Source: the human T2T-CHM13v2.0 reference genome, Homo sapiens. Taken from it: a stretch of 64,000 bases of DNA. How positions within the stretch are numbered: the stretch's first letter is position 1; each line of letters starts with the position of its first letter. The notes below the pieces were generated by a model, which was not told the DNA's origin, made no database searches, and saw only the letters and a program-made list of their open reading frames with translations. Shown here in pieces: positions 47,421 through 63,007 of this stretch. Made by a program: the position numbers and the translations under genes. The stretch lies in NCBI RefSeq assembly GCF_009914755.1, contig NC_060928.1. The stretch is one strand, 5' to 3'.

Positions 47421-49282
47421 AAGAGTAAGTATGTTTAATGGAGGAAATAAATGGAAAAGGAGCAATAGGGATTACATATTATAGAGTATTCTCTTTTTAT
47501 TGGGAAAGCCTCTTGAAAAATCAGGATGTTTTAAAACCATAGTTCAAAATTTTAAAAATGATATCAATTTAAATCCATTCAGATTTTGTTAAATAACTTG
47601 TATACGCTTATTAGTAAAAATTATTTTAAGCAGTTTACAAGAAAAGCTCATATATTTTTTCTTTAAATTCACTCACTTTTACTTTCATATCAGTGAATAA
47701 CATTTGTGGAGTAATCAGTTTGATGTGATTAATGTGTATGTATATATGTATATGTATCTATGTATATTTATAATATTGGTCCACATATCACCTGAAATCA
47801 TTTCATGGTATGAGTTCCCAATTTAGGTTAGGGAAATAAAATATCTCAGTTCTGCTTAGAGAAACCAAATAATTTCATTACAGATTATTATATAGTCAAA
47901 GCAGCATTAATTAAAGAGTTACAATTTTGAATATTAGAAATGCTTTTTACCAGGGTTTTCCTAGATTTTTTTTTTTTACTTGCAAAGTAGTATGTTACAC
48001 AGTCTTTATTGTACTTGATTAAGCTCACACCAGGACAGGTTATCTGGCTCCTACCAGAGTTCTATCAACAGCCTCTCATTCTAAGAACAGATCTATGATG
48101 TCAACCCTTAATCCATCTGCCTCCCCCACCTTCTTCCTCTCCTCACTATCTTAAGCTTTGCCACACTGAACGATTAAGAGCTTGGGTCAAAATGATGTGG
48201 TTATATAAACACTCACTATTTCTGTCTTATGGAAATACTTCCCTTGTGAGTTGCTCAATATGCTTCGCAGCTAACAGAATACATCTCCTTTCTGGTCTTG
48301 CCTTAAAAATAATACCATTTGGCCTAATACCACTGACAAATTGCTAAACCTTTTAGGAAGGACCGCTGCATGCACCAAGAGACATGACTATGACTATGAT
48401 TTGAACAGGGCCTGCAGCTTATAACCAAGCCAGATATAGTGCAGAAGTGACGAGCTGCAGGGGGAAGCCTGGGCAAAATGACCTGTGTTCTTGTTCTAGC
48501 TTCAGCTCTGCCAACCTGGGTAGCGCACATTCCCTCACTGAGCCATTGTTTTCTCAATAATGAAGTCAGCTTTAAGGTCTCTTCTAGTTCTGTGACTTTT
48601 AAGCTTTTCAAGGAGAGCTCTCTGTGTTCCAAAAGTTAAGAACATTAACTGAAGTATTCACCACCGTACAGCTAGTGCCTATAGCACTGTCTGACACACA
48701 GCAAATGCTTAAAATATATTTGCTGAAAGAATTAACAAAGAGGTAGGTTTGCCACCACTACTGTAAAGTGATTGTAATTAATTTACAGACTCAGCTTCTC
48801 TTTCTGCCTGATAAAGATATTTCTTGAGTCAACAAAAAACTACTTATTACTTATTGGGCCAAGCAGGAGAGGTAAAAATAATGAATAAAGAATTGAATTT
48901 TAAGAGGAAAGGGCCATGGGAATATTTTTAGGGAATAAATACATGATACAAAACAGTACTACAATGTGTGCTAGCTTTGCTTTCAGGATTAATTTACATT
49001 GTGGAAAAGTACATGTACTCGTAGGATACACAGGAGACTAACTTAGGCAGTGCCTCTCCACCCCAACACATACTGATATTGGACTGAACTACAACCCTTG
49101 CACACAACTTCAGACTGTTTGCCAAAGTCCATCGAGTGGACTGATGGCATCAAGAATGAGAAAGTAAGAGAAAGAACATAAATGGCTTCTACTTTCTTGC
49201 TCTCTTACGTTTCCCACTGCCTTTCTCTACTTTGGTAACATTTCCCACATTCCAATTCTCAACATTCACCCAATCCCTAGCA

Positions 49283-49286
<4 letters not shown>

Positions 49287-49323
<37 letters not shown>
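49287..49323. repeat. (CA)n microsatellite
   Basis: Read directly from the sequence. Confidence 0.95.
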
Positions 49324-49326
<3 letters not shown>

Positions 49327-49789
49327 TGCACACTCTGTTCTCCCCACAATCCCTGAAATCCAAGGGAAGGGGAGGAAAGTCATAGATGCATCTACTGATC
49401 ATGTGAGAGAAAGAGAAAAGCTGCAAAACTGAACTTTTTTCTCTACCAGAGAGGAGAATCCTGGTCAGGACTACAGATGATAGAAGTTAAGAATTTTATC
49501 CCCATTTTTGCCCAGCACTCTATTTACATTCTCTTCTCCTTACAGATTTCCTCACTCTCATCTTCCTTGAGTGAGTCTTTGACTTGGACCATCTGAATAG
49601 TACCAGCAGCTAAGATTTCAGAATGGCCTGCGGTTAGGAGAAGCCCACCCGCATCAGGAGAGGAAGGACAATTCTTCAAGTGACTGGAAGGATTGGGGTT
49701 AGGAAGTTGTATACCAGAAACCAAGTCAGATTCTGAATTCAGTCTACTAAAAAAATTATACCTGCTACAGTGGTTCTATACTGGTTTCA

Positions 49790-51240
49790 GTTCACTCATT
49801 CAAGAGCATTTAACGAACTTCTATTGAGCATTTACACGGTGCCATGCTAGGCTCTATGGCTACAATGGCGAACAACAACAACAAAAATACATGATCCCCA
49901 CTTTCATGGGGGTTTAAACTTTAGTGGGAAGAACAGATGTTAGTAAAAAAAAAAAAAAACTCCACCAATAAATGTACAATTACAAACTGAGACAACTAAC
50001 AAGAAGGAAAGGAATGAGATTCCCTGGCAATGTTCTAGAAAGGAGCCTGATGTAGGGTTAGGAGTCAAGAAAGGCTCTGGAGAGAAATTGACACTAAAGC
50101 TGAGCTCAGAAGAATGAGTAGGAGATTTCTCAGCAGAGATGGAGGGTGGGAAGCAGAAGAAAAATGAAGAGGCAGGAAATTATAACCTCTCGAACTCTAA
50201 AGTCTATAATTTTCCACATTATCTTATTTAGACATTGCTAACAGAATTATGTCTGAAAATGTTCTAGAAATGCAGTTGTTGGTGAGAACTCTCCCATAAG
50301 AGGCTACAGACCTAGGTGAGTATGGAGACAGGATTCTGACCAATGACCCTTATGTCATCAATTCTATATCTTATAATAATCCTTTACATATTTTGTAACT
50401 AAAAAATCATCCCCACTAGGTTATTTTTATAAGAAGTTGTCTTTGAGACATATGGACTTCAAGGTTAGTGCCATCATAATATAACCATTAATCCTGGTTG
50501 TCACTAGAAATTGCTTTCAACTAGGAAGTTAACAGAAGTTAACAAATATCTACTCTCTACATGTCTCCATCCAGGCCAGAAAGAATTGACAAATCAGTAA
50601 CTACAATGGATTATTTCCTTTTTTATTAAAAAAAGAGAAGTTCAATTAAGAGATTCTTGTTTCAACAAACAACATGGGCAAAGACTCCATGCCAAGAAAC
50701 AGCATGGCATGTTCAGAGAGCGTTGGGGAGAAGTGGGGAGATTAGGAAGTAAAACTAACAGGGCTTGGCAGGAGACAGGATATGAGGGAGGAAGAATGAG
50801 GGAGCGGTTGTTGTCAAGTATGACCCCATGATTTCTGATTTGCCCACTGGGACAGATGGTAGAGGAGCCATTCTTCAAGTTAGGGAGCATAGAAGATATC
50901 CATATTTGGAGTAGAAGATATATTTTGGACATGCTAAGTCTGGGGTGACTTTGAGAAATCCAAGTAGAGATACTGAGTGGATGATTCTGTAGAGAAGCTC
51001 AGGAGGGGAGATGTAAATTTGAAGCTATCACTTGATGCATGGATGTGGATGAGGTTGAACAGGCAAATGGAATAAAGAGAAAAGAGAAGGTGGCTTAAGA
51101 TCAAGTATTGAGGAATTCCATATTCGGTGTTAAGCAGAGGAGAAGGAGCCTACAGATGAGTCAGAAAAGATATACCCAAGAGATAGGAGGAAAAACCAGG
51201 CAGGACCAATGCTACAATTAGGCCTGCTAAGAGAGAAAGC
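49790..51240 (-). mobile_element. L2 fragments
   Basis: ttcactcattcaa...ttgagcatttac...gtgcca..ctagg and ttttggacatgctaagt...atccaagtagagat. Confidence 0.6.
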
Positions 51241-51501
51241 ATTGTTTTCAGGGACCAGAACTGTAGGATAAGTAAGCTTCCTTAAGGTGGTATGAGGGTC
51301 TATGCACTGCACAAGTACTTAGAATATTTTTCCTGAATTGCAGATAAAACCTATGAGAAATGTGGCTACAACAAATTGAGTGTTAACCAACCCATCTTAC
51401 AAATTGATTTTTGGAATACAGCCCATTTGTAATTTGAGTATATCATGTACTATGACAGAGGAACACGTTTTACTTTAGTTAGATAAGAAATATTTTAAAA
51501 G

Positions 51502-51821
<320 letters not shown>

Positions 51822-51911
51822 CTATTTTTTTCTAATACCACTTTAATCTTGGAATGTGCTATAATTTGAATTTCTATTTTTAAAAGCTAGAATGAAGAGT
51901 AGGAAGGAAAT

Positions 51912-51994
51912 TATATATATACACACATATATACATACATATATACGTATATATATACATACATATATACGTATATATATACACACACACACAC
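51912..51994. repeat. (TA)/(CA) microsatellite
   Basis: Read directly from the sequence. Confidence 0.9.
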
Positions 51995-53829
51995 ATTTCT
52001 CCATTTCTTGGGCATTTTTCTTTTGTCTTTGACCACTTTAGCTGTCAGTTCTGTAATCTCCTATAAACTAATTGAACTCTTCCTTCTGTGTGACAGCAGT
52101 AAAATTGATCAACAAGATCCCTGGGAAAGTGACATCTGGCAACAAGGAACAATGGAAGGGAATACAGCTAATGCCACAGACAAATGTCAAGTTTCTTTAA
52201 ATTTAATCCTCTCAGTAAGACACAGTTGAACTGGACAGGGCTGATTAAGCAATAGACGCTTGTTTTGTTTGACATTAGGAAATCTGAAGTTGTGGCACTG
52301 CCAAAATCCTTATCTATTTCAAAGGGACAAGGAGGTGCACTGATAAAGAAGGGCCTCTGAATTTCCACCTGTGACGTTCATTCATACCTAACAGTCTACT
52401 TAAATAGCATGTTCTCCCTAAATATTAAGAACTGTTTTGGATATTAACAGATCTCTTTTTATCTACTTGCAGTTCTCTTAAATCCATATATTTAAAAGTT
52501 TCAGAATTGTATTTGAGAGCACCAAACATGGTGAAAAAACCAAATTTAGATATTTCCTCCTTTAAAGCAAAATGTATATATAGTTGCATTTATATTGAAT
52601 TGATAAAATAGTGTTGGTCTACAATATAGATATCTGTAAGAAAACTACACGTCTGGAAAAGTTAATCCCTAATGAGAAAAAAAGTTATCTGTACTAGGCT
52701 AGCTCCTAAAAGGCATTTCAAAATTTTCAATCTTTGCATTGTATTACTTTTTGGTTTTCAATGTAAAATATTGATTTCCAAAGGTTAGAAAGGAATTGAG
52801 ACAGTAATAAATCCCCATCTCTTCGTTTTAGAGTCTAAAAGATTCATATCCACATACCAGAAATACTGAAAGAACTTCAAGGCAGCCTGCTCTCTTCCTT
52901 ATTTCAATATAATAGAGATTTATTGAACATTCAAGTTTATCCATATGTAGTGGTGGTGAGGGTCTTCTGTAAGGAATCTCTGAAAATACTCCTCCTTGAA
53001 AGTGAAAGGCCACCAGGCAAGGCTATGGGAACCCTAATTCTGTCTTAATCATGCCCTGTTAGATATATAACTTTGGCCTAATTAGTAAGTTTTTCTGAAA
53101 CTCATCTTCTTTCTATCACAGGGTGAACGGACTATGTATATAACCTTTAAAATTTCTGCCAGGTCTATAAGTATATTTTATGTTTCAGTTGATTTTGACA
53201 ACCTTAGGGAGTCCCAGTAATCTCGGGCACTTGAAAGGCAGTCTGATTTATTCTTCGTGTACTTAAATTATTTTACTTTAGAAGATAAAATTTGATGTTG
53301 AAGTAAAATTTCCCAACTATTTCAACAAAGTAAAGATTTAAACGTTTCATTTGACCAAAGGCAGATTCAAAAGTTGATATGGTTCCCACTTCTAGATGTA
53401 GTAGGATTAACAGAAATGAGTTGCTCTTCATTATAATCTGCCCATTTTACACTCTCCTAGGTTTTCATGGAGCGAATGTCCCACAGGTGCATCTGGTTGA
53501 TCCCAGAGAGGTACATAACCACTATCTCCATTCCTACAACCAAACAGTAGGTATCCCTGCATGAAGGGTTCTCCAAATTTTTGTGAGTGTAAGTACATTT
53601 CCATTTGCCAAAGTGAAGCCAGTGAAGTCTCTGTGTTAAGTGGACATCCTGGGCAATGAAGACTGTGAATAAGAATGGGGAGATGATGCAGGTCTAGTCC
53701 TCCATACAAAATCCAGCAGTGCTCAGCAATCCTGGCTGGATTGGAGATGTACTGGAAGATCTTTATCCATTAGGTTGGCTCTCCTACTACCAAAAAAACA
53801 TATTCTGTAGCTATCTGCTTTGGAGTCTC

Positions 53830-54700
53830 AGATTCTGGATTAGTTCATAAAGAAGTAAGTTTCAATGTATACTTGAAAATTCTATTAGCATCATTTCAAA
53901 TGTTTTTTGCTAATTTTTATCATTTTTCATATAGGGCCTAAGTCATTTGTTAATTTTATATTGGGTTGGCTTTCTTACTAATTTGTATCCATTCTTTAAT
54001 CTGTATATGTCTTTTATTGGATATATGTATTGCAATCTCTTCTCCTAATGTGTGGTTGTCTTTTCACTCTCTTAATGGAGTCTTTGAATGAATATTTTCA
54101 ATTTAATTAAGTCCAATTTATTAATCTTTTCATGGTTTGTGTTTTTTACTTCCTATTTAGGAAATCTTTGTTTATCCTAAGGTTACAAAATATACACCTA
54201 TGCTTTCTTCTAAAAGTTTGATTGTTTTAGCTTTCACATTTAGATTTTATAATCTTAGTTTTTTATATGGCATGGGGCAGGGTTCAAAGGCCTTTTGTTC
54301 CACATGAATATATAACAGACTTAGCACAATTCATTTAAAATTCCATTCTTTCTCCTCTGTATTGGAGTGAAGACAGTTCAAATTAAGTGACCATGTATGT
54401 TCTGCTCTGATTCTGGATTCTTTGCCATGTTGTTGTTCCCTCTGTCTACCCTTGCACCAATATCACACTGTCTTCATTACTGTGACTTTAGTTTAAGTGT
54501 TCATATCTGGTGGTGTAAGTTCTTCTTCCTTCTCCTTCTTCTTCTTCTTCAGCATTATCCAGGGTATCCTAAGCGCTTTGCATTTTTACATAAATTTAAC
54601 ATTAGATTATCAATTTTTACATATATTTATATATGCATGATGTGCTTGGGTTTTCATTGGGATTTTATTATGTCAACATTTCAATTTTGAAAGAATTACC
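53830..54700 (-). mobile_element. Ancient L1M ORF2 fragment
   Basis: Antisense ORF2-like motifs (ttttcactctcttaatgg, gttttagctttcacatttag, cacactgtctt.attactg). Confidence 0.65.
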
Positions 54701-55014
54701 ATAATTAATCAGTAAATAAATGAAATCTATACAGTATCTACATGCCCACCAAAAGTGGCTGGAAATTTATAAAAGAAAATAGCAGATAACGTCAAATGTT
54801 ATCAAGAACGTGGAGCAACTGGAACTCTCTTGCATGGCTATGAAACAAATTGATCTAATCACTTTGAAAAAATATTTGATGATTCTTGTTAAGACTAACA
54901 TATGCTTATATTTCACCCAGTGGTTTCACTCTAATCTACCATGTTATTCATGTCCAGCAACACTGGAGAAGGAAAGACATTCTATGCATAAGATATTCTC
55001 TTATGCATAGAATA

Positions 55015-55305
55015 AAGCACAAGCTCCAGAGTCAGACTGCTTCCATTCATATGCTCATATTCCAGCACTACCTTACTGTCCGTGTGATGCTAGGCAAACT
55101 ATTTAACCTCCCTATGTCTCATGTGGACAAAATGATTAGTGTGTGTTGTCTCCATCTTGTGTATTATTTTCATCTGCAAACTGGGATAACAGGGTGGATG
55201 ATATTTACCTATCTCATAAGGTTACTTGCTAGGAGGACTAAGATAACCCATGTAAGAACAGTGACTGGAAATTAGTAAGGACTCAAGAAATGTTAGTTAT
55301 TATTA
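55015..55305 (+). mobile_element. MIR
   Basis: gctccagagtcagactgc...ggcaaactatttaacctc...aaatgttagttattattatt. Confidence 0.7.
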
Positions 55306-56159
55306 TTTTCTACCCATTGTCATCCTATTTATTTTTCAAAGTCTACTTAATTCAAATTGCACCTATTCCATGTCATTTTTTCCCAGATAAAGGGGATGAA
55401 AATATTAATTCTGACAAACATCTAGTTTCTTTCCCTCTCTCCCTACCACCAACTTAATGTTAATCTTTCTTTTTCATCCTTATTATATTTGACTTTGATT
55501 TTGGGTTATTCTGTTGGTCTTTGCCTGCCCCTCTGGACTGCAGGCATCCCCAAATTAGGTATCTCTGCTCCTCTGCCTGTTCCTCTAGAGCCCAGTGCTC
55601 TTCACTTCAGGGTGCAATAGATGTTGGTTGCATTTATTGAATTGAATCAGGGAGGGAGACTGCTGGATGCCTGTGAGAAATGTTACTTGATGTGTTTGCT
55701 TTCCTAAAAGCTTGTCATCTGAATTACTCTTAAGTGCTTAAACTCAATAGACAGTTTCTTAGTGATTCAATAGAAAGACAATGAGCACTTGCACTAAGGT
55801 TCAGGAAAGTGGCTTCAATACTGGCATGAAAATACTTGGGCTAACTGGAACAAGTGATTAGCAGTAAAACCTGCCTTTATTATGAAAATTTGAAGTAGAT
55901 GGAGATTTTCCAAATATGATTTTAAAAGCTGTAGTTGCCTTAGGGGATATTAAGATCCTTACATTTTTTAACACAGGAGAATTGGATTTTTGTATGTTGG
56001 GCTCAGTTTTGAGTTTGTGGGTAGAAAGCCTCAGGCTTTTAATTTCAGAGTTTTGATTTACTCAGGTTGAAACTAAAGACCAACTTATGCCAAGGGTTTT
56101 ATTTATTTTGCAGTGGGCCTATATCTCTCAGGCCATCCACTTTGCAGTCCTCCAGGCAA

Positions 56160-56640
56160 CAGTACAAATGGGGGCCTCATACCATATGTGTTTCTATATT
56201 TATCAGGTATACTTTAAGGTAACAAACTGCTAAATACTTTCTATCTTCTTCCCTTCATAAAGACCTAGTAGCCAGGCTCCTCGTTGTTCTGCCAGCTTGT
56301 AATGGCATGGGGCTTCTCTTCTCTTTCCAACCCTGATCGTGAGGGACTGCGTGAGCATGTGTGGACAGCCCAGACCATACATCAAAGTTCTATCCACACC
56401 CGCCGCTAACAGCACCCTTTGAGCTTAGAGGAGTGCACGGAGACAGTATGGCTCACCCTCCAGAAGATGGACCCAGGGAGGAGGCTGCCTGGGCCCTGAC
56501 ATTGGGAAGTCTGGGGTCCTGAGGGAAAGAAGTCTGCGGGTTCTGCATGGGCTCCTCTCTTGTCTCATAGAAATGGGTGTAGCTTGAAGAAGACCAGAAC
56601 AAGGTTTTCCAAAGCGCAGGCTCCCTCTTGCCTGAGTCTA
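56160..56640. mobile_element. Possible hAT-Tip100 (MER115-like) remnant
   Basis: Loose recalled similarity (agtacaaatgggggcctcataccatatg...agatggacccagggag); not verified. Confidence 0.35.
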
Positions 56641-58200
56641 AGAGTAGTACTGATACTACTTTTCTTATAATACGTATAACAATGGAATACTTTTATCTCG
56701 AGGTATTGTATTTAAAAGTGCTGATTTATATGACCCATTGGCATTCCTATTTAATGATATTATTAAACAAAATTTTCGTATTACTCTCTTCTCAATAATG
56801 AAAAAACTTAAAGTATTGGCTATAATACTGATATATAAATAGTTACCGGAAAGCAAGCAATTTTACTTTTTTACCCGCCATAATTCTGAAAGCTGTATTC
56901 TTGTTGCCATTTTTATCTCATTCAGACTAATTCAAAAGTAAAAAAAAAACCTGTGGATTTTCATTAAAATTATGCCATAATGAGCCACTATGGTCAACTG
57001 GAGGATGAGTGGTCACTGATGAAGCTTCACCTGAAATTCCCTTCCCTAACAATTGAGTTGAATGTCTACCCCTCACTTGAGATTCTTCTCCTCAATAGTT
57101 CTAACTTTACCTTAGAAACACAGCTGTCAGAATATCGGATTTATTTACTTACTTAATTTGAGAAAAACAAAAGGTATAATATACCACCCTATATAGCTCC
57201 TGTCCAGACAACATGTCTAAATAACTCAAAAATAAACATTAAGGTCAAGTATATTTGATTTCCAGTTTAGGTGTCATTTTATCATTGTGTGAGATGGACT
57301 TGGGTAACACCCCAAAGCTCCTAAGTTTGTAAAGATTAAATGAAACCATTTATGTAAAAAAACTTGGCACAGTACCAAGACATTCAATAAATTCATTATC
57401 TTCTCCTTTCCCCTCTATTCCTCTCCACTGCATTCAACTCAAATTTCTAAGTCATCACAAAAAGTAGATTAATAGTCACAAATTAGAATATAAGTGACTT
57501 TCATTCACTCACTGATTATAAAATTCTGTATTTACGATATATAAAACCAAACTTCAGATTCACATGCACAAAAATCTCCTTAGAGTGAAAAGTATTTTGG
57601 GAGCTTATCAAGGGATGTACTGGGTAACGCTGAAGAACAAAGAACACTCTTGATATTAAACTGAGCTCCAAGACTTCATATTCTAAGTTTATAGCTGCAT
57701 TCTGGTTAACCTCATTCTTTTTTGAGTACAGCTACTCTTTTTAGAAATTACTTTTTCACTAATCACTGCCAATCATATTGAAATTATTGTGAAATAAAGA
57801 ATCTTTTCTTTCAAAAAGCCACAATTCACATCATAACACAGGGCCCTACAAAGAGCTTATGAAAGCTCCCAAGGCAGCTGCTTCTCTTGGAGAACTGCCG
57901 GAAAGCAGCCTGCAAACACAGACAGATTCCTGCCCATCCTGGGCAAGCGGAGGTGGAGGCTGCTGGTCCTGACCGGGCTGGGTTACAATAAGAAGCTGGC
58001 TGTGAAGTTGCAAGAATTCAATTTCCTTGTCCCTACATGTAACTCTGGTTAGGACTGGATAAATAAATGGGCCTCCCCCACTTTGTACTATTACAATATG
58101 GTGTGTATGTATGTGTGTTTATCAACTCAGCAAAATGTAAAAATTCACATGAAAAATGGAGAATACATAAACACATACATATATATTAAATATCATTATA

Positions 58201-58646
<446 letters not shown>

Positions 58647-59389
58647 TCATCAGTCCTAGAAAACCAAATGCAACCATTGGCCCTTCTCTGAATCTTGATT
58701 GAAAACAAACTGCCTGTAAAAAGACATCTTGGAGACAAATGGGGAAAATGGAATATGAGTTGTCCAGCAGACATGAAGTGTTGGAGGATACTAAAGCATG
58801 TTTTTTACAAAAAGTTGTTAAATGTGATTATGTCATGGTGGTTGTATCTTTTTGAAATTGTCCTTTCCAGCCAGAGATCCATATTGATATATTGACAGGT
58901 GAGATTATGTGATGGCTCGGATGGACAGTAAAATACTCCATTACTGTTCTAGCCCACAAAAGTATGTGGTGGATACATGATACAATGATGGTATTTTGAT
59001 AATTTCTGAAGCTGTATTATGGGGATAAGAGGTACTGTTCTTTCTATATATGTTGTATGTTTGAAAGCCCTCAAAATAGAAAGCTTTTTAAAAGAGGGAA
59101 TCTCATTTACAAATGAGGAAACTGAGGTATCTATAAGTTAAATAACTTGCCCAAGGTCACAGACCCAGTGTTGAAAGTTCTTTTGAGTTCACACCAAACT
59201 ACATTCCAAAGAGTGGCTCTTCTAAGTCTTCTACGCTATCCTCTTTACACAAAATTTCTCTGTATCTTCAAATATTTGCTCTTTCTTCACTCCAGTCTCT
59301 GAGGAAGTTTTTGTTTTTTTCCAATGCAACCTCTCCTCAATCCTCAGTCTAGAGAAAAGCATGCTGAATTATTTAAAAAATTATCATAA

Positions 59390-61455
59390 TACTGATTTTG
59401 ATTGACAAATTATAGTAATATACACTTACAGGATGTAACGTGAAGTTCTGATAGATGGAGACAACGTGGCATGATTAAATCAAGCTATTGAACATATCCA
59501 TTAACTTGCTTACTTATCTTTTTTTGTGGTGAAACATCTGAAACTTACTGTTATTTTAAAATATATAAGACATTATTAATGACTATAGTCACTGTGCTGT
59601 GCAATACATCTCAAAACCCATTCCTTATGTCTAACTAAACCTTTGTACCCTTTGATCAACAACTCCCCATTCCCTCCCTCCCCTGAGCCCCCAGCCCAGC
59701 CACTGGTAACCATTGTTTTATTCTCTCTTCCTATGAGTTCAACTTTATTAGATTCCACATATAAGTAAGATCATATGGTATCTGTCTTTCCGTGCCTGGC
59801 TTATTTCACTTAGCATCACGTTCTCTGGATTAATCTACATTGTTGCAAGTAACAGGATTCCCACTCCCCCTTTAATGCTGAAAAGTATGCCATTATGTAC
59901 ATATATGCAATATTTTCTTTATCCATTCAACAGCTGGTGGACACTTAGATTGTTTTCATATCTTGACTATTTGTGAATAAGGCTGTGATGAACATAGGAG
60001 TGCAGATATTCCTTCCACATACTTATTTCCGTTCCTCTGGATATATTCCTGTAAGTGGGGTTACCGAGTCACACAGTGGTTATAGTTTTAGTTTTTTGAG
60101 GAACCTCCACACCGCTTTCCATAATGGCTATAATAATTTACATTCCCACCAATAATGTATAAAAGTTCTTTTTCTCCAGATTCTCTCCAACACGTTATCT
60201 TTCACCTTTTTGATAAAAGCAATTTTAACAGGTGTGAGGTAATACCTCATTGCAGTTTTAATTTGCATTTTCCTAATGATCAGTGAAACTGAGCATTTTT
60301 CAGGTACCAATTGGCCACATTTGCAACTCTTGAGAAATGTCTATTCAGGTCCTTTGCCCACTTTAAAATCAGGTTGTTTTCTTGCTATTGAGTTGTTTGA
60401 ATTCCTTATATCTTCTGGATATTAGCCCCTTATCAGATGTACAGTTTGTAAATATTTTCTGTAGGTTGTTCCTTTGTTGTTTCCTGTCCAGAAGCTTTCC
60501 AGTTTGATGCCATCCCACTGGTCTAATTTTGCCTTTGTTGCCTGTGCTTTCAGGATCATATCCAAAAATCATTGCCTAGACCAATGTCATGGGCTTTTCC
60601 CCTGTGTTTTTTTTTCTAGTATTTTACAGTTTCAGGTTTTATATTTAAGTTCTTAATCTGTTTTTAGCTGATTTTTTTGACATGGCATAAGATAAGCGTC
60701 AATTTTCATTCTTCTGCGTGTGGATATCTGGTATTCTCAACACCATTTATTGAAGAGATTGTCCTTTCCCTATTTTGTGTTCCTCACCTTTGTCATAAAT
60801 AAGGTGACTATAAAGGTGTGGGTTTATTTCTTCGTTTTCTATCCTCTCCTATTGATTGATGTGTCTGCTTTTATGCTAGTATCGTGCAGTTTGATTATAA
60901 TTGCTTCATAATGTTTTTAAATCAGGGGGCATGATGCTTCCAGACTTCTTCATTTTGCTCAAGACTGTTTTGGCTATTTGGTATCTTTTATGATTCCATA
61001 TGAATTTAAGCTGTAGATTGCTTTGGGTAGTATGAACACCTGTTCAACATTTATTCTTCCAATCTATAAACACGGGATATCTTTCCATTTATTTGTGTTT
61101 TCTTCACTTTATTTCATCAGTGTTTTATAGCTTTCAGAAAACAAGTATTTTATCTTCTTGGTTAAATTTATACTTATGTATTTAATTTTTTTGCTATTGT
61201 AAATGGGATTATTTTCTTAATTTCTTTTTCAGATAGTTTGCTGTTAGTCTATAGAAATGATGCTGATTTTTGGGTGCTGATTTTGTGTCCTGTAATTTTA
61301 CTGAATTCATTTATCAGTCCTAACAATTTTTCATGGAGTCTTTAGGGTTTTCTATATATAAGATCATGTCATCAGCAAATAGAGACAATTTTCCTTCTTC
61401 TTTTCCTATTAGGATGCATTTTACTTTTTTCTCTTACCTAATTGCTCTGGCTAGC
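59390..61455 (-). mobile_element. L1MA ORF2 3' part plus 3'UTR
   Basis: Minus ORF MVPEKCSVSLIIRKMQIKTAMRYYLTPVK and long antisense ORF2 homology. Confidence 0.85.
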
Positions 61456-61913
61456 ATATTAGAAGGATGACATGGTCAAAGAACTGTTTCTCTTACTGTT
61501 CGATTGTGGTTTTTCTTGGTTATTGTGCAGTCCAAGGAAGTATCTCAGCCTCACTCCAGAGTTCTGGGATATTCAGGATAGTATTTTTTGCCTGCGGATC
61601 ATTGCTAGTTACATTTTGGGGGGTGGGGTGTGTGAAACCAAGGAACTCCTATTCTGCCATATTGCTGATAACACTCTCCACGTCCTGAATTCTAAATTCC
61701 ACTCTCCTTGCTTCCAATGTTGTTATGTGACCTCTCCACTGGTTTCTTCTGTTTTCAATCTCTCCCCATTGTAAAACCACCTTCTAATGACCTTCTTATC
61801 CCTTTAGTCCATTTCTTTTTACTGCGTCCGTCCCTGACAATACCTGCTGTTTACTCAGCCCTTAACGTTGTGTTTCCTGCTCTCACCATTGAAAACAACA
61901 GATTTCTCAAAGG

Positions 61914-62319
61914 TGAAAATCAGGTAGGAGGCAGACAGGACTGGACTCTGGACCAGACTGAAGACTGACCGAAACAGGGAAGAGGCATGGAAAGCACCTC
62001 TCCATAAGACACACCCACTTGCACCAAGACAGTTTACCATTGCCATGGCAACACCTGGAAGCAACACCAGTACATTTTCTGGCAAATTGTGAATCACCCA
62101 TCTTTTAATTAGCATGTCATTAAAAGCAGGTATAAATATGACTGCAGACTGTTCCTGAGCTGCTGCTCTCAGCACACTGCCTATATGGAGTAGTCCCGCT
62201 CTGCGGGAGCAGTCACAGAGATGTAACTATTGTCACCACCTCAATAAAGCTGTTTTCCTCTACAACTGGCTCGCTCTTGAATTCCTTCCTGAGTGAAGCC
62301 AGGAACCTGCCCTGTATCA
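61914..62319 (+). mobile_element. LOR1b-like ERV1 solo LTR
   Basis: ccataagacacacccac...agtttaccattgccatggcaacac, TATAAAT, AATAAA, ends tatca. Confidence 0.7.
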
Positions 62320-62329
62320 AAAACATAAC

Positions 62330-63000
62330 CTAATTTCCAAATCATCTGGACATTTCTCAATTTTTCATCCTGCTTAATATCTCTGTAGTTGGCTGACAAT
62401 CTACTTCTGCCTGAAACTCTCTTTCCCTTTGCTTTTCCTGTCCCTGGCCGCCTTGGCTCTCCTCTCCTCTCTAACTGTCCCCCTAAATCTCCTCTTCCAC
62501 CCATTAATTACATTAGGGGGTCTGTCCAGATTCTTCTTTCGGCCCAGTTCTGCTCCCTCTGGAAATCCTCTCCACTGTCAATGCCTCAACAGTTATCTTG
62601 AAATGTATCTTCCATTTCTACTCCAAATCCAACCTTTCCCTGGAGGTCACAAAATCTCACAATTGAAGGAAATCTTAGAAATCATTTAGTCGATCCCTTT
62701 ACTCCACATATGAATCCTCTCTACTCTGTAAAACACGTGAACATGTGCTACCCTGCTTGGAAAACTCTAAGGTACCAGAAGAAAGTCAACTCTATTATGA
62801 TCTAGTTCTTTATCTCCAATTGCTTGCTCCACATCTCCACCTGATTGTTATTCAAGCCCCTCAGGCTTAAAATACCTCACGTGGAATTTGTCAACTTTCT
62901 CAAAAACCAGCTGCTTTTCCTAAACTCCTACTTCTGTGAAAGGTACCACTATTATTTTAGTCACAGGCTTAAGATTTGAGATCACCTTAGACATCTTTTA
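62330..63000 (+). mobile_element. L2 fragments (with MIR-like piece)
   Basis: ttcatcctgcttaatatctctgtag...ttcctaaactcctacttctgtgaaaggtaccactatt. Confidence 0.5.
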
Positions 63001-63007
63001 AATTAAT

